Shown here: one piece after another, positions 26,511 to 35,933 of the stretch | Layout: the number at the start of each line of letters is the position of its first letter | Numbering within the stretch: position 1 is the first letter of the stretch | NCBI GenBank assembly: GCA_964396015.1 | Contig: CAYNBW010000001.1 | Coordinates: forward strand, 1-38,434 | Length of the DNA: 38,434 nt | From: an uncultured Candidatus Saccharibacteria bacterium | GTDB taxonomy: Bacteria > Patescibacteriota > Saccharimonadia > Saccharimonadales > Saccharimonadaceae | Reading direction: 5' to 3' | Notes under the pieces: generated by a model | Databases searched by the model: none | Told to the model about the DNA's origin: nothing | Seen by the model: only the letters and a program-made list of their open reading frames with translations | Position numbers and translations under genes: made by a program

Positions 26511-27297
26511 GTCGGCGGTACTCCTGAGTTTTGATGTGGAAGAGTTTGATATGCCGAGGGAGCATGGGGGGTCGATATCGGTGGAGGAGGGGGTGAGAGT
26601 GTCGAGTGAGGGACTAGTGAGAGTGTTGGATTTATTGGCGCGGGAGAAAGTGGTGGCGACGTTTTTTGTGACGGGGAATTTCGCGAAGAATGCACCGGAG
26701 TTAGTGAAAAGAATGGTGCGAGAGGGGCATGAGGTGGCGTGTCATGGGGTGGACCATTTTTGCCCGGCGGAGACAGACGTGCGTGAGTCGAAAAAAATCG
26801 TGGAAAAGGTGGCGGGGGTGCGAGTTTTGGGGTATCGGCAACCGCGGATGTTTGCGGTAGATTATGTGGAGTTGTCTAGGTGTGGGTATGTGTATGATTC
26901 GAGTGTGAATCCGGCGTGGGTGCCGGGGAGATATAACCATAAGGACGTGCCGAGGGAACCGTTTGTGCGAGAGGGAGTGGTGTTGATACCGACGTCGGTA
27001 TTTGGACGGATGCGAGTGCCGCTGTTTTGGCTGGCGTTACATTTATTCCCGCTGGGGCTGTATTGCCGATGGGCGGTGAAAGAAATGCGACGGGCGGGGT
27101 ATTTGGCGACGTATTTTCATCCGTGGGAGTTTGCGGAGGTTTTGCGTGATTATGAAAAAGTGCCGGGGTATGTGAAAAAGAACAGCGGTGTGAAGTTGAT
27201 TGAACGACTTCACGCGGTGATTGACGCGTTGCGAAAGGCGGGAGGTGACTTCACGACGTATGGGGAGTTTGCGCGTTTACCGGTAGACAAAAAATAG
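26494..27297 (+). CDS. Polysaccharide deacetylase (NodB/CE4 family)
   Basis: LSFDVEE, ATFFVTG, GHEVACHG..H, GYRQP, YDSS, YFHPWEF. Start uncertain (26482 or 26494). Confidence 0.9.
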   Translation: MVRKSKSAVLLSFDVEEFDMPREHGGSISVEEGVRVSSEGLVRVLDLLAREKVVATFFVTGNFAKNAPELVKRMVREGHEVACHGVDHFCPAETDVRESKKIVEKVAGVRVLGYRQPRMFAVDYVELSRCGYVYDSSVNPAWVPGRYNHKDVPREPFVREGVVLIPTSVFGRMRVPLFWLALHLFPLGLYCRWAVKEMRRAGYLATYFHPWEFAEVLRDYEKVPGYVKKNSGVKLIERLHAVIDALRKAGGDFTTYGEFARLPVDKK

Positions 27298-27312
27298 ATT
27301 CTAGTGTATAAT
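27284..27312 (+). promoter_or_regulatory. uvrA promoter TAGACA-N17-TATAAT
   Basis: -35 at 27284-27289, -10 at 27307-27312. Confidence 0.6.
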
Positions 27313-27323
27313 ATATAGCGTTT

Positions 27324-30209
27324 ATGAGTGAAGATATGATACGCGTAAGGGGAGCGCGACAGAATAATTTGCAGAATATAGATGTAGATATACCGCGAGA
27401 TAAGTTGGTGATTATTACTGGGTTGTCGGGGTCGGGGAAATCGAGCCTCGCGTTTGATACGATTTATGCGGAGGGACAGAGACGGTATGTGGAGTCGCTT
27501 TCGTCGTATGCGAGGATGTTTCTCGGGATTATGGATAAACCGGAGGTGGATTCGATTACAGGACTGTCCCCGGCGATTTCGATAGACCAGAAGTCGACGT
27601 CGCGGAACCCGCGATCGACGGTCGCGACGGTGACGGAAGTGTATGATTATTTGCGTTTATTGTTTGCACGAGTGGGGGTGCCGCATTGTCCGGTGTGCCA
27701 CAAGGAAGTGTCGAGACGGAGCGTAGAAGACATTGTGAACGAGGTGATGAAGTTGCCGCTGGGTTCGAAGTTGATGGTGCTGGCGCCGATCGTGTCGTCG
27801 AAAAAAGGCGAGTTTTTGCACATTCCAGAGCAGTATTCGGCGAAAGGTTTTTCGCGGGTGAGGGTGGACGGAATTATCTATGCGCTGGATGAGTTTCCGG
27901 AACTGAATAAAAATGAGCGGCATGATATTGAAGTGGTGGTGGATAGGTTTGTGCTGTCGCCGGAACTGTCTTCGAGAATTAGCGGGTCGTGTGAGCAGGC
28001 GCTTGAACTGGGGCAGGGGATTATGAAAGTGCTGAAGATTACGGATAATGCAACGGCGGTGGGGGAGGCGCGAATTGATACGGAATCGACGGAGGTGCTG
28101 ACATATTCGCAAAGGTATGCTTGTCCGGATCATCCGGAGGAGTTAATACCGGAACTTACGCCTAGGCTGTTCTCGTTTAATGCGCCAGAGGGGGCGTGTC
28201 CGGCATGTACAGGGCTCGGGTCGAAAATGGAGATTGACCCGGAACTGGTGTTTAATGATAATTTGACGATTGCGGAGGGGGGAATTAGGCCGTTTAACCG
28301 AGTGGGGCAGGAATCGTGGTGGCTAAAAAGGCTGGCGGCGGTGGGGGTGAAACATGGATTTAACGTGCAGACGCCGATTGGAGATTTGAGTCCGGAAGTG
28401 CGACATTTGATTTTGTACGGGACGGGGGATGAGAAATATGAGATGCGGATTAGTGGGTCGGGGAGATTTGCGGATGGGACGGTGTACGAGACGACTTATG
28501 AGGGGGTGATACCGATGTTGGAACGGCGGTATAATGACCCGAAAGTGAGCGAGTTTACGAAACATGATATTGAGCGGTTTATGCGGGTGAGGGAATGTCC
28601 GGTGTGTCATGGGGCGAGGCTAAAACCGGCGGTGTTGGCGGTGACGGTGCACGACATGAATATTGTAGATATGTGTAATATGGATGTGGATGCGACGCTA
28701 GAAGTTTTGGCGCGAGATTTGGGATTTTCGGAGTCGGAGGAGATGATTGCGGGGCCGATTTTGAAAGAAATTCGCGAGCGGGTGAAGTTTATGCAGGATG
28801 TGGGGCTGGGATATCTGGAGCTCTCGCGGGCGGCGAATACTTTGTCTGGGGGTGAAGCGCAGAGGATTAGACTTGCGACGCAGATTGGGTCGGGGCTTAC
28901 GGGGGTACTTTATGTGCTGGATGAGCCGTCGATTGGGTTGCATCAGAGAGATAATGATAAGTTGATTGCGACGCTAAAGCATTTGAGAGATTTGCATAAT
29001 ACAGTGGTAGTGGTGGAGCATGATGAGGATACGATGTGGGCGAGTGATTACATTATCGATATTGGGCCGGGAGCGGGAGCGCAAGGAGGGCGGTTGGTGG
29101 CGTGCGGAACGCCCGTAGAGGTGGCGGCGAACCCGGATTCGATAACGGGGCGGTATTTGTCGGGGGCGGAGACGATACCGGTGCCGAAAAAGCGACGGAA
29201 AGTGCGGAAAGGACATGAGTTAATAGTGCGGGGAGCGCGAGAAAATAATCTCAAGAATATCGATGTGGCGTTTCCGCTGGGGGTGATGACGGTGGTGTCG
29301 GGGGTGTCTGGTTCCGGGAAATCGACGCTAGTGAATTCGATTTTGGCGAATGAACTGTTGGCGCGGCTTCACCGAGCGCAGACGGTGGCGGGGTTGCATG
29401 ATAAAATTGAGGGCATCGAGAAACTGAACAAGGTAATTGTGATTGACCAGTCGCCGATTGGGCGGACGCCGCGGTCGAACCCGGCGACGTACACTGGAGT
29501 GTTTAACGCGATACGGGAACTGTTTGCATCACAACCGGAGGCGGAAGTGCGGGGGTATAAGGCAGGGAGGTTTTCGTTTAATGTGAAAGGTGGGCGGTGT
29601 GAGCATTGTCAGGGGGATGGGGTGAACAAAATTGAAATGCATTTTTTGCCGGATGTGTATGTGACGTGCCCGGCGTGTCATGGGCGGCGGTATAATGCCG
29701 AGGCGCTAGAAGTGAAATATAAAGGGAAGGATATTTCGCAGGTGCTAGATATGACGATTGATGAGGCGGTGGAGTTTTTTGCTAACGTGCCGACGATTGT
29801 GGGCAAATTGCGGACCATACAAGAGGTGGGGTTGGGGTATATTCGGCTGGGGCAACCGGCGACGACGTTTTCGGGGGGTGAGGCGCAGAGGATTAAACTG
29901 GCGACGGAGTTGTCGCGGCGGTCGACGGGGAAAACGTTGTATATCTTGGACGAGCCGACGACGGGGTTGCATACGGATGATGTGAAGCGGCTGCTTGCGA
30001 TTTTGAACCGGCTGGTGGACGGGGGAAACTCGATGGTGATTATTGAACATAATTTGCACGTGATTAAGAGTGCGGACTGGGTGATTGATATGGGGCCGGA
30101 GGGGGGACTCAAAGGTGGTGAGGTGTGCGCTTGTGGGACGCCGGAGGATTTGGCGCGGAAGGCGAATACGCCGACTGGAAAGTACTTGAAGAGCTACTTA
30201 AGTTTTTGA
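27324..30209 (+). CDS. uvrA: Excinuclease ABC subunit A
   Basis: GLSGSGKSSLAFDTIYAEGQRRYVESLS, zinc fingers, two ABC modules (LSGGEAQRIRLA, GVSGSGKST). Confidence 0.99.
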   Translation: MSEDMIRVRGARQNNLQNIDVDIPRDKLVIITGLSGSGKSSLAFDTIYAEGQRRYVESLSSYARMFLGIMDKPEVDSITGLSPAISIDQKSTSRNPRSTVATVTEVYDYLRLLFARVGVPHCPVCHKEVSRRSVEDIVNEVMKLPLGSKLMVLAPIVSSKKGEFLHIPEQYSAKGFSRVRVDGIIYALDEFPELNKNERHDIEVVVDRFVLSPELSSRISGSCEQALELGQGIMKVLKITDNATAVGEARIDTESTEVLTYSQRYACPDHPEELIPELTPRLFSFNAPEGACPACTGLGSKMEIDPELVFNDNLTIAEGGIRPFNRVGQESWWLKRLAAVGVKHGFNVQTPIGDLSPEVRHLILYGTGDEKYEMRISGSGRFADGTVYETTYEGVIPMLERRYNDPKVSEFTKHDIERFMRVRECPVCHGARLKPAVLAVTVHDMNIVDMCNMDVDATLEVLARDLGFSESEEMIAGPILKEIRERVKFMQDVGLGYLELSRAANTLSGGEAQRIRLATQIGSGLTGVLYVLDEPSIGLHQRDNDKLIATLKHLRDLHNTVVVVEHDEDTMWASDYIIDIGPGAGAQGGRLVACGTPVEVAANPDSITGRYLSGAETIPVPKKRRKVRKGHELIVRGARENNLKNIDVAFPLGVMTVVSGVSGSGKSTLVNSILANELLARLHRAQTVAGLHDKIEGIEKLNKVIVIDQSPIGRTPRSNPATYTGVFNAIRELFASQPEAEVRGYKAGRFSFNVKGGRCEHCQGDGVNKIEMHFLPDVYVTCPACHGRRYNAEALEVKYKGKDISQVLDMTIDEAVEFFANVPTIVGKLRTIQEVGLGYIRLGQPATTFSGGEAQRIKLATELSRRSTGKTLYILDEPTTGLHTDDVKRLLAILNRLVDGGNSMVIIEHNLHVIKSADWVIDMGPEGGLKGGEVCACGTPEDLARKANTPTGKYLKSYLSF

Positions 30210-30251
30210 TGTAAGTGCGGACAAGATGCAAGCTGGATTAGAGGGAAAAGC

Positions 30252-30280
30252 TTGACTTTTATGGCTTTTTGTGGTATTAT
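30252..30280 (+). promoter_or_regulatory. Promoter TTGACT-N17-TATTAT with TG extension
   Basis: -35 at 30252-30257, -10 at 30275-30280. Confidence 0.6.
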
Positions 30281-30351
30281 TATAAGTGATGAGTGGTTTG
30301 GGGCATTTGATGTGGTGCTCTTAGACTAGGACTTTAAAAAGGAGGTTGGAA

Positions 30352-31191
30352 ATGAGAAGAAAATTAGGATTAATTTGTGGCGTAATAGTAGCGAGTTTGA
30401 TTGTGGTGATGTCAATTAGTTGTGAAACGGTAGGAGTGGCGGTTGATCTAGCAGAGTCAGAACCTGAGGTACAGACAGATCCGCTGGCGGCGGTATTGGT
30501 TGATGAAAGTTTTGCTAGATGTGGCGGAATGTATGTGCGAAAGAAGAACGGGAAGTTGTATGCGGTGCAGAATATTCCCCGTGCAACGTGGGAAAAGTAT
30601 GATATAGGTAGGCCGATATCGCCGAAGGATAATAGTAAGGGGTGGACTAATCTATATGAGTGGGGGAACATAGATCAGGCGGTTTTATCGGATGGTGATG
30701 TACCGCTGGTAGAAATTGAAGCTGGCGATGAGCTGCGAGGATATAGAACCGATAGTTCCGTGGCGTTTATGAAAATCGCCTACGTTGGTAATACCGTGCG
30801 ATTTGTGGAAGATTCTACGAGCTATCTTTTTCGAGATGGAACGTGGAATCGCTATCAATCGGATGGGCTGCAAATCTTTAAAAACGAGCTTCAAGAGTTT
30901 GAAGTTTGCGATACGCTTGGAAACATAGCGGATGATTATCGAAAACTGGATGCTGGGAAAGAATACCTAGTCTCTTGGTTTGAAAGAACTGAGTATAACG
31001 AGGTGTTGATGAAGGCTGATGCGAAGTTTTATGTTACGGAGCCAGAGGCGACGGGTATAAAAGTTGAAGCTGAGCTGGACAAGGCTGGGTATGGCGTGTT
31101 TGATACCTCGGCGCTAGCACCGGGGATCTACCGAGTATTTACGCAAACAGATGTGTATAGCAGAGCTATAGCGGTGTTTGCCGTAAAGTAA
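30352..31191 (+). CDS. Secreted hypothetical protein, possibly a lipoprotein
   Basis: SD AAAGGAGG; MRRK plus hydrophobic signal ending SISC; own promoter and terminator; no family recognised. Confidence 0.75.
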   Translation: MRRKLGLICGVIVASLIVVMSISCETVGVAVDLAESEPEVQTDPLAAVLVDESFARCGGMYVRKKNGKLYAVQNIPRATWEKYDIGRPISPKDNSKGWTNLYEWGNIDQAVLSDGDVPLVEIEAGDELRGYRTDSSVAFMKIAYVGNTVRFVEDSTSYLFRDGTWNRYQSDGLQIFKNELQEFEVCDTLGNIADDYRKLDAGKEYLVSWFERTEYNEVLMKADAKFYVTEPEATGIKVEAELDKAGYGVFDTSALAPGIYRVFTQTDVYSRAIAVFAVK

Positions 31192-31201
31192 CAACCTTCT
31201 G

Positions 31202-31228
31202 GCGCCCCCTTTTGGGGGCGCGTTTTTT
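31202..31228 (+). terminator. Rho-independent terminator
   Basis: GCGCCCCC-tttt-GGGGGCGC followed by gTTTTTT. Confidence 0.88.
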
Positions 31229-31246
31229 GTGGTAAAATATAGGGGT

Positions 31247-33040
31247 ATGAGGAAGAAGAAGCGCGAAAAGAATGAGAAAATGGCGGTGGGGCGGGTAATG
31301 CATTATTTTTGGCGGGCGCTTTGGCGGTATAAGTGGCGGACTTTGGTGTTGCTGGTGCTAATACCGGTGAATATATTTATATCAAACATCGTGTGGCCGC
31401 GAGGGACGAGTGAGATTGTGGGAAAATTGTCGAGCGGGGATTTTGAAATTGCGAATTATGTGGGGATACTAATGTGGACGCTGGTGCCGGTGGTGTTTAA
31501 TAACGTAGTGCTAGTGAGGATACTGGATTTTCTTGATTGGTCACTAGATGCACTGTCGGGAGAGTACTTGTCACAACTTGCATTCAATGCGGTGATTAAT
31601 CAGTCGATGACGTTTCATGCGAACCATTTTTCGGGGTCACTGACGAGTGCGGCGAATAAACTGCCGAATGCGTTTATTGCGCTGAAGTCGAGTTTTGTAT
31701 GGAGTATTTATCCGCTGATTTTGATGGTGATATATTCGCTGGTGGCGGCGTTTTTGGTGAGTCCGCCATTTGCTTTAATATTAGTGGCGTTTGTAGTGGT
31801 GTATGCGGTGGTGGCAGTGGTGATGTATTATAAAACACGAAAATATGAGGAGGCGCTGGCGGAGGCGGAAAATAAGCAGACGGGGCAACTGGCAGATGCG
31901 GTGACGAATATGATGAGCGTGAAGTCGTATGCGCGGGAAAGTGACGAGCGGGCGAGGTTTGCGCGGGCGACGACGGGGGTGCGGAAGGCGACTTATGGGG
32001 CGGCGAAGGCGTCTTTCTTACGGAACTTGCCGCTGAATGCGGTGGGGATGGTGACGGCGGTGGCGGTTTTGGTGCTGGTGATTATGAGTCACGATTTGTT
32101 TGGGCTCTCGATTGCGAATATGGTGTTTATGTATTCTTTGGCGAATTCGCTTTTGTCTAATGTGTGGCAGCTAAACCATATTCTCCGGACGGTGAACCGG
32201 GCGCTAGGGGACGCGAAGGAGATGGTGGAGATACTGGATATGCCGTATATTGTGGATGATAAAACGGATAAACCATTAGTAGTATCACAGGCGGGGATTG
32301 AATTTTCACATGTATCGTTTACACATGAGGAGCAGAAGGATAAATTGTTTGCGGATTTTTGTTTGACGGTGGAGCCGGGGACGAGCGTGGGGTTGGTGGG
32401 GGTGAGTGGGTCGGGGAAGTCGACTTTGACGAAGTTGTTACTGCGATTTGCCGATGTGAAGCGTGGGGCGATTTATGTGGACGGGCAGGATATACGGGAT
32501 GTGACGCAGAGGTCGCTTAGGGAGGCGATCGCGTATGTGCCGCAGGAGGCGTCGCTGTTTCACCGGAGCGTGTACGAGAATATTGCGTATGGGCGGCCGG
32601 GGGCGTCGCGGGAGGAGGTGCTTGCGGCGGCGCGGCTGGCGCATGCGGATGAGTTTATTGCTGGTTTGCCAGAGGGGTATGAGACGATGGTGGGAGAAAG
32701 AGGCGTGAAGCTGTCGGGTGGGCAGAGGCAGAGAATTGCGATAGCGCGGGCTTTGCTCAAGGATGCGCCGATTTTGGTGTTGGATGAGGCGACGAGCGCG
32801 CTTGATTCGGAGAGCGAGGCGGCGATACAGGCGGCGCTTGCGAACTTGATGCAGGGGCGGACGGCGATAGTGGTGGCGCATAGGCTGTCGACGATTGCGG
32901 GGCTGGACAAGATTGTGGTGCTGGACGATGGGGCAATCGTGGAGGAGGGGACACATAAGGAGTTGCTCAAGAGGGGCGGGAAGTATGCGGAGCTATGGAA
33001 GCGGCAGAGCGGGCAGTTTATTGGGGCGGAGAGGGCTTAA
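31247..33040 (+). CDS. ABC exporter, fused permease + ATPase (MsbA/MdlB-like)
   Basis: N-terminal TM domain; GVSGSGKST, VGERGVKLSGGQRQRIAIARA, LDEATSALD, AHRLST. Start probably ATG 31247. Confidence 0.95.
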   Translation: MRKKKREKNEKMAVGRVMHYFWRALWRYKWRTLVLLVLIPVNIFISNIVWPRGTSEIVGKLSSGDFEIANYVGILMWTLVPVVFNNVVLVRILDFLDWSLDALSGEYLSQLAFNAVINQSMTFHANHFSGSLTSAANKLPNAFIALKSSFVWSIYPLILMVIYSLVAAFLVSPPFALILVAFVVVYAVVAVVMYYKTRKYEEALAEAENKQTGQLADAVTNMMSVKSYARESDERARFARATTGVRKATYGAAKASFLRNLPLNAVGMVTAVAVLVLVIMSHDLFGLSIANMVFMYSLANSLLSNVWQLNHILRTVNRALGDAKEMVEILDMPYIVDDKTDKPLVVSQAGIEFSHVSFTHEEQKDKLFADFCLTVEPGTSVGLVGVSGSGKSTLTKLLLRFADVKRGAIYVDGQDIRDVTQRSLREAIAYVPQEASLFHRSVYENIAYGRPGASREEVLAAARLAHADEFIAGLPEGYETMVGERGVKLSGGQRQRIAIARALLKDAPILVLDEATSALDSESEAAIQAALANLMQGRTAIVVAHRLSTIAGLDKIVVLDDGAIVEEGTHKELLKRGGKYAELWKRQSGQFIGAERA

Positions 33041-33090
33041 AGAGACTAGCGTTCTCTCCGGTGGAGTTGGCGTGGAGGGGCGGGGTTGCG

Positions 33091-35721
33091 CTACTTAAGC
33101 ACACAGCGGACGGAGTAGCCGCAGTTGCGAATGTCGTCGCGATCCTGCGGACTGACACTCGAATCATCGACGCGGAGGTAGAACATATTGGTACTACTGC
33201 TCCTCGTAGCCGACCAGAAGTAGCCGTAGTACCTCTGATTGCTCGCGGAGCTATTGGTGAAGACGCCGGAGAGAGGCGTACGCAAGGCAGTTTGGAAGTT
33301 TTGGTAGTTACTGCTATATGCTGTGTAAAGTGCTTGGTATTCGCCACTTCCACCACCAGTTGGCATTCTCCAGCCTTTCGGACAGATGTCTCTATCCGCC
33401 GAAGCATTACTAGAGTTGGAGCTAGAGCAGATGCCGCCCGCCGTGGCTGCACAATAGTTGTAGTATACGCCTATCTTTGCGGTGTCGTTATCATTAAAGG
33501 ACGAGGAAGTGATGTTGCTAGAATATGTCGCATTCGTAGCCTTGGAGGCCGTGTTGATTTGGGCGGCAGTATAGCTATTGAACCCGCTGCTAATTGAGGC
33601 TGGTAGGGTATAGGTGGATGCGGTGATGTTGGTGTCCGTTTTGCGTAAGGTCATGGAAGACGTGCTGCCTAGGCGGAGGTTGTCTAGGAGCCAGACTTTG
33701 CCGTCGGCAAGTTTGGCGATGTTGTAGCCTTCGTTGTCGCGAGAGTCGGTGACGTAGTAGGCTTTTTCTGGCTCCATTTTGTTGATAAGGTTGGTTTTGT
33801 CGGTGGAGCTGAGATTGCCGAAGTCTTGGAGGTAGGCGGTGCCACTTTCGAGGGCGGTGAGAGGGTCTTTTTCGAAGTCAGATTTTTTCACGCAGCGGAC
33901 ATAGTACCCGTAGCTTCTATAGCCGGTGTCGGTGTTGCTGTTGAGGCTGGCGCTCAGGCTACCATTGACGTAGTACAGGAAGAAACGACGGTTAATATCG
34001 TAAGTCTTAGTCGACCACCAGTACCCGATCGTAGACGCGCTTTTGCGGGAGCCGCCGTCGTAGTACCCGCCATAAACTGGACTAAAGGCGTCTTTGTAGG
34101 AAGTTATACTGCCAATCGAACCAGTTCCAGAATATGGTGGGAGTTTCCAGCCTTTGGGACAGATATCCCGAGTAGCATCTGTCTCGTTGGGATTACCTGT
34201 GATAGTGCCAGCGCTGGCAGCGGCATAGTTATACCAGACAGTGGCATCATTATTATTATCTACGCCTACATGGATACGAGCACTGTTATACGTGTCGCCA
34301 GAAGTTAAGTCAGTATAAGATAGAGTTTTATCTGCACTATTAGTGGTGGCGCTTTTGATGGTCATGGAGCCAGAAGCACTACCGGTGTCGCCGACGTAGC
34401 GGAGGTTTTGGGTCATCCAGCAGGCGCCGTTAATGTAACGGACGGTGTAGAGTTCGTTGTCGCGGACGTCTTTGACGTTGATGGTGTCGCCAACGTTGGC
34501 GGGGTTGCCATTGGTGCCAACATTGACTTGGCAGGCACTGTCGGTTAAGTCTTGCATGTCTACGGCGTTAACTTTCCACATGGCGTAGAGAGTAGCGAGG
34601 TTCTGGGTGGTTTGGTTGATGGGGTACTGGTCACCAGGTTGGTAGGTGGTGCCGGTGCAAGGGTTAGTACCATCGGCACCAGTACTGGTGGTGCACCAGC
34701 CTTGGAAGGTATAGCCTTCACGGGTTGGGATGGTACTACTGAGCGTAATGTAAGTAAGGTCGGTTTCGTCATCTTCAGCGGATGGGATGTCGCTACTGGT
34801 GGAGCTTTCGTCGGCATAGGTGATTTGGTAGTCTATTTTGTTGGCTACGGCAGTAATAATGAAGGTATTAGTATAGTTACCAGCATCTTGAGTATATTGG
34901 AGACGTGCAGCTAGATCTATAGTATAGTTATCTACGGTATCAGGGCAAGTGTTACTGCCGTTGCTTTGACCATTAGCGCAATTAGTAATGTTGAGGGTAG
35001 TGGCGGTAGTAGTGGGAGATGGAATGTAGTTAGAGTTTGGCTGAGAATTGAGTTTGCTGGGTTTGTAGCCCCATTTGCCGTTGTAGGTGGCGTTATTGAA
35101 CTGGGCGGAAGTGAGAGAAGAGCCGGTGGGAATAGAAGCAATAGTGGAAGTACCAGTGCCAGAAGTGCCAGTGCCTGTAGCAGTAAGGTCAGTACTGCTA
35201 CTTGAGTTTTGGATGCTGAGGGTGTAGCCAGTATAGTTAGTAGTAGTGACAGTAAACTTGCCTTGGCCGGTGGTGCTAGTGGTTTCGGTAAAAGTACCAT
35301 CGCTACTATTTACCGCTAAGTCTAGGACGGGATAATCAGTAGCGGAAATGGTGAGAGTAGTTTCGGAAGCAGTGCCGATGGCTTCAGTATACTGGGTATT
35401 ATGGGTGAGTGGAGCAATAGTGGCAATAGCAATAAGAATAAGAATAAAAGAAGATAAGACGCCAGCAATACGAATATGACGGCTCTTGGCAATATAGGTA
35501 CTACTACGCCGCGGGAGAGGTAACGCTACACCAGGCCCGGTGTAACTAGAAATGATTTTAGTTATGAATAAAGGTCTAAAAAGATTTCTTAGACCGCGGC
35601 GTAGTACGAAAGTGAAATGATGGCGAGTGGAAGAACTGGAATTAATGGTAGTAGGGTTGCCATCTTTGCTAGCATTAGCGTTATTGTTGATAGTTTGGTT
35701 TTGTTGTATGACCTTGTGCAT
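33091..35721 (-). CDS. Membrane-anchored surface protein with an InlB B-repeat and two FISUMP (Fib_succ_major, C-type-lectin-like) domains
   Basis: TM helix at ~aa 85-103; PTREGYTFQGW..LYAMW; two copies of D.RD...Y...W...NLR / YNY.AA.AG / ICPKGW.(L/M)P / (W/F)WS / GY.VRCV. Confidence 0.88.
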   Translation of the reverse strand: MHKVIQQNQTINNNANASKDGNPTTINSSSSTRHHFTFVLRRGLRNLFRPLFITKIISSYTGPGVALPLPRRSSTYIAKSRHIRIAGVLSSFILILIAIATIAPLTHNTQYTEAIGTASETTLTISATDYPVLDLAVNSSDGTFTETTSTTGQGKFTVTTTNYTGYTLSIQNSSSSTDLTATGTGTSGTGTSTIASIPTGSSLTSAQFNNATYNGKWGYKPSKLNSQPNSNYIPSPTTTATTLNITNCANGQSNGSNTCPDTVDNYTIDLAARLQYTQDAGNYTNTFIITAVANKIDYQITYADESSTSSDIPSAEDDETDLTYITLSSTIPTREGYTFQGWCTTSTGADGTNPCTGTTYQPGDQYPINQTTQNLATLYAMWKVNAVDMQDLTDSACQVNVGTNGNPANVGDTINVKDVRDNELYTVRYINGACWMTQNLRYVGDTGSASGSMTIKSATTNSADKTLSYTDLTSGDTYNSARIHVGVDNNNDATVWYNYAAASAGTITGNPNETDATRDICPKGWKLPPYSGTGSIGSITSYKDAFSPVYGGYYDGGSRKSASTIGYWWSTKTYDINRRFFLYYVNGSLSASLNSNTDTGYRSYGYYVRCVKKSDFEKDPLTALESGTAYLQDFGNLSSTDKTNLINKMEPEKAYYVTDSRDNEGYNIAKLADGKVWLLDNLRLGSTSSMTLRKTDTNITASTYTLPASISSGFNSYTAAQINTASKATNATYSSNITSSSFNDNDTAKIGVYYNYCAATAGGICSSSNSSNASADRDICPKGWRMPTGGGSGEYQALYTAYSSNYQNFQTALRTPLSGVFTNSSASNQRYYGYFWSATRSSSTNMFYLRVDDSSVSPQDRDDIRNCGYSVRCVLK

Positions 35722-35778
35722 TTGTGCCTCTTGAGTTTACCTCTCTTGTTAATTTGTTATTTCTTCCCCGAGGCCGAT

Positions 35779-35920
35779 GACAAAAATCGGCACCGTAGGT
35801 TTTCAACAACCGAGCACTCCGAACCAAAATGATTTGAAGACGCACAGTACCTGACGGTGCCGATTTCTGTCTTCAAATGGGTTCATCTTGATTGGCGCGT
35901 AATGTACTCGGTTGTTGAAA
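35779..35920 (-). ncRNA. Structured 5' leader RNA (putative cis-regulatory switch)
   Basis: Interleaved inverted repeats 35904-35920/35801-35817, 35869-35878/35832-35841 and 35849-35871/35779-35800. Both substitution mismatches become G-U pairs on the - strand. Confidence 0.7.
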
Positions 35921-35933
35921 CTTTTACAATTTG

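Noticed and set aside
27290-27323. Possible SOS box upstream of uvrA
   Set aside because: No convincing palindrome shared with the region upstream of the LexA-like gene.
32995-33597. 200-aa plus-strand ORF and other ORFs overlapping the FISUMP gene
   Set aside because: Antisense or off-frame shadows; no reverse transcriptase or Avd motifs.
33091-34072. The two variable-region-like segments as a VR/TR pair
   Set aside because: Both are coding, their scaffolds differ at many non-adenine positions, and neither is AAC-saturated as a template would be.
35801-35920. Invertible promoter switch bounded by the 17-bp repeats
   Set aside because: The promoter lies outside the repeats, and nested stems with strand-specific G-U pairs fit RNA structure better. 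Not fully excluded without reads.
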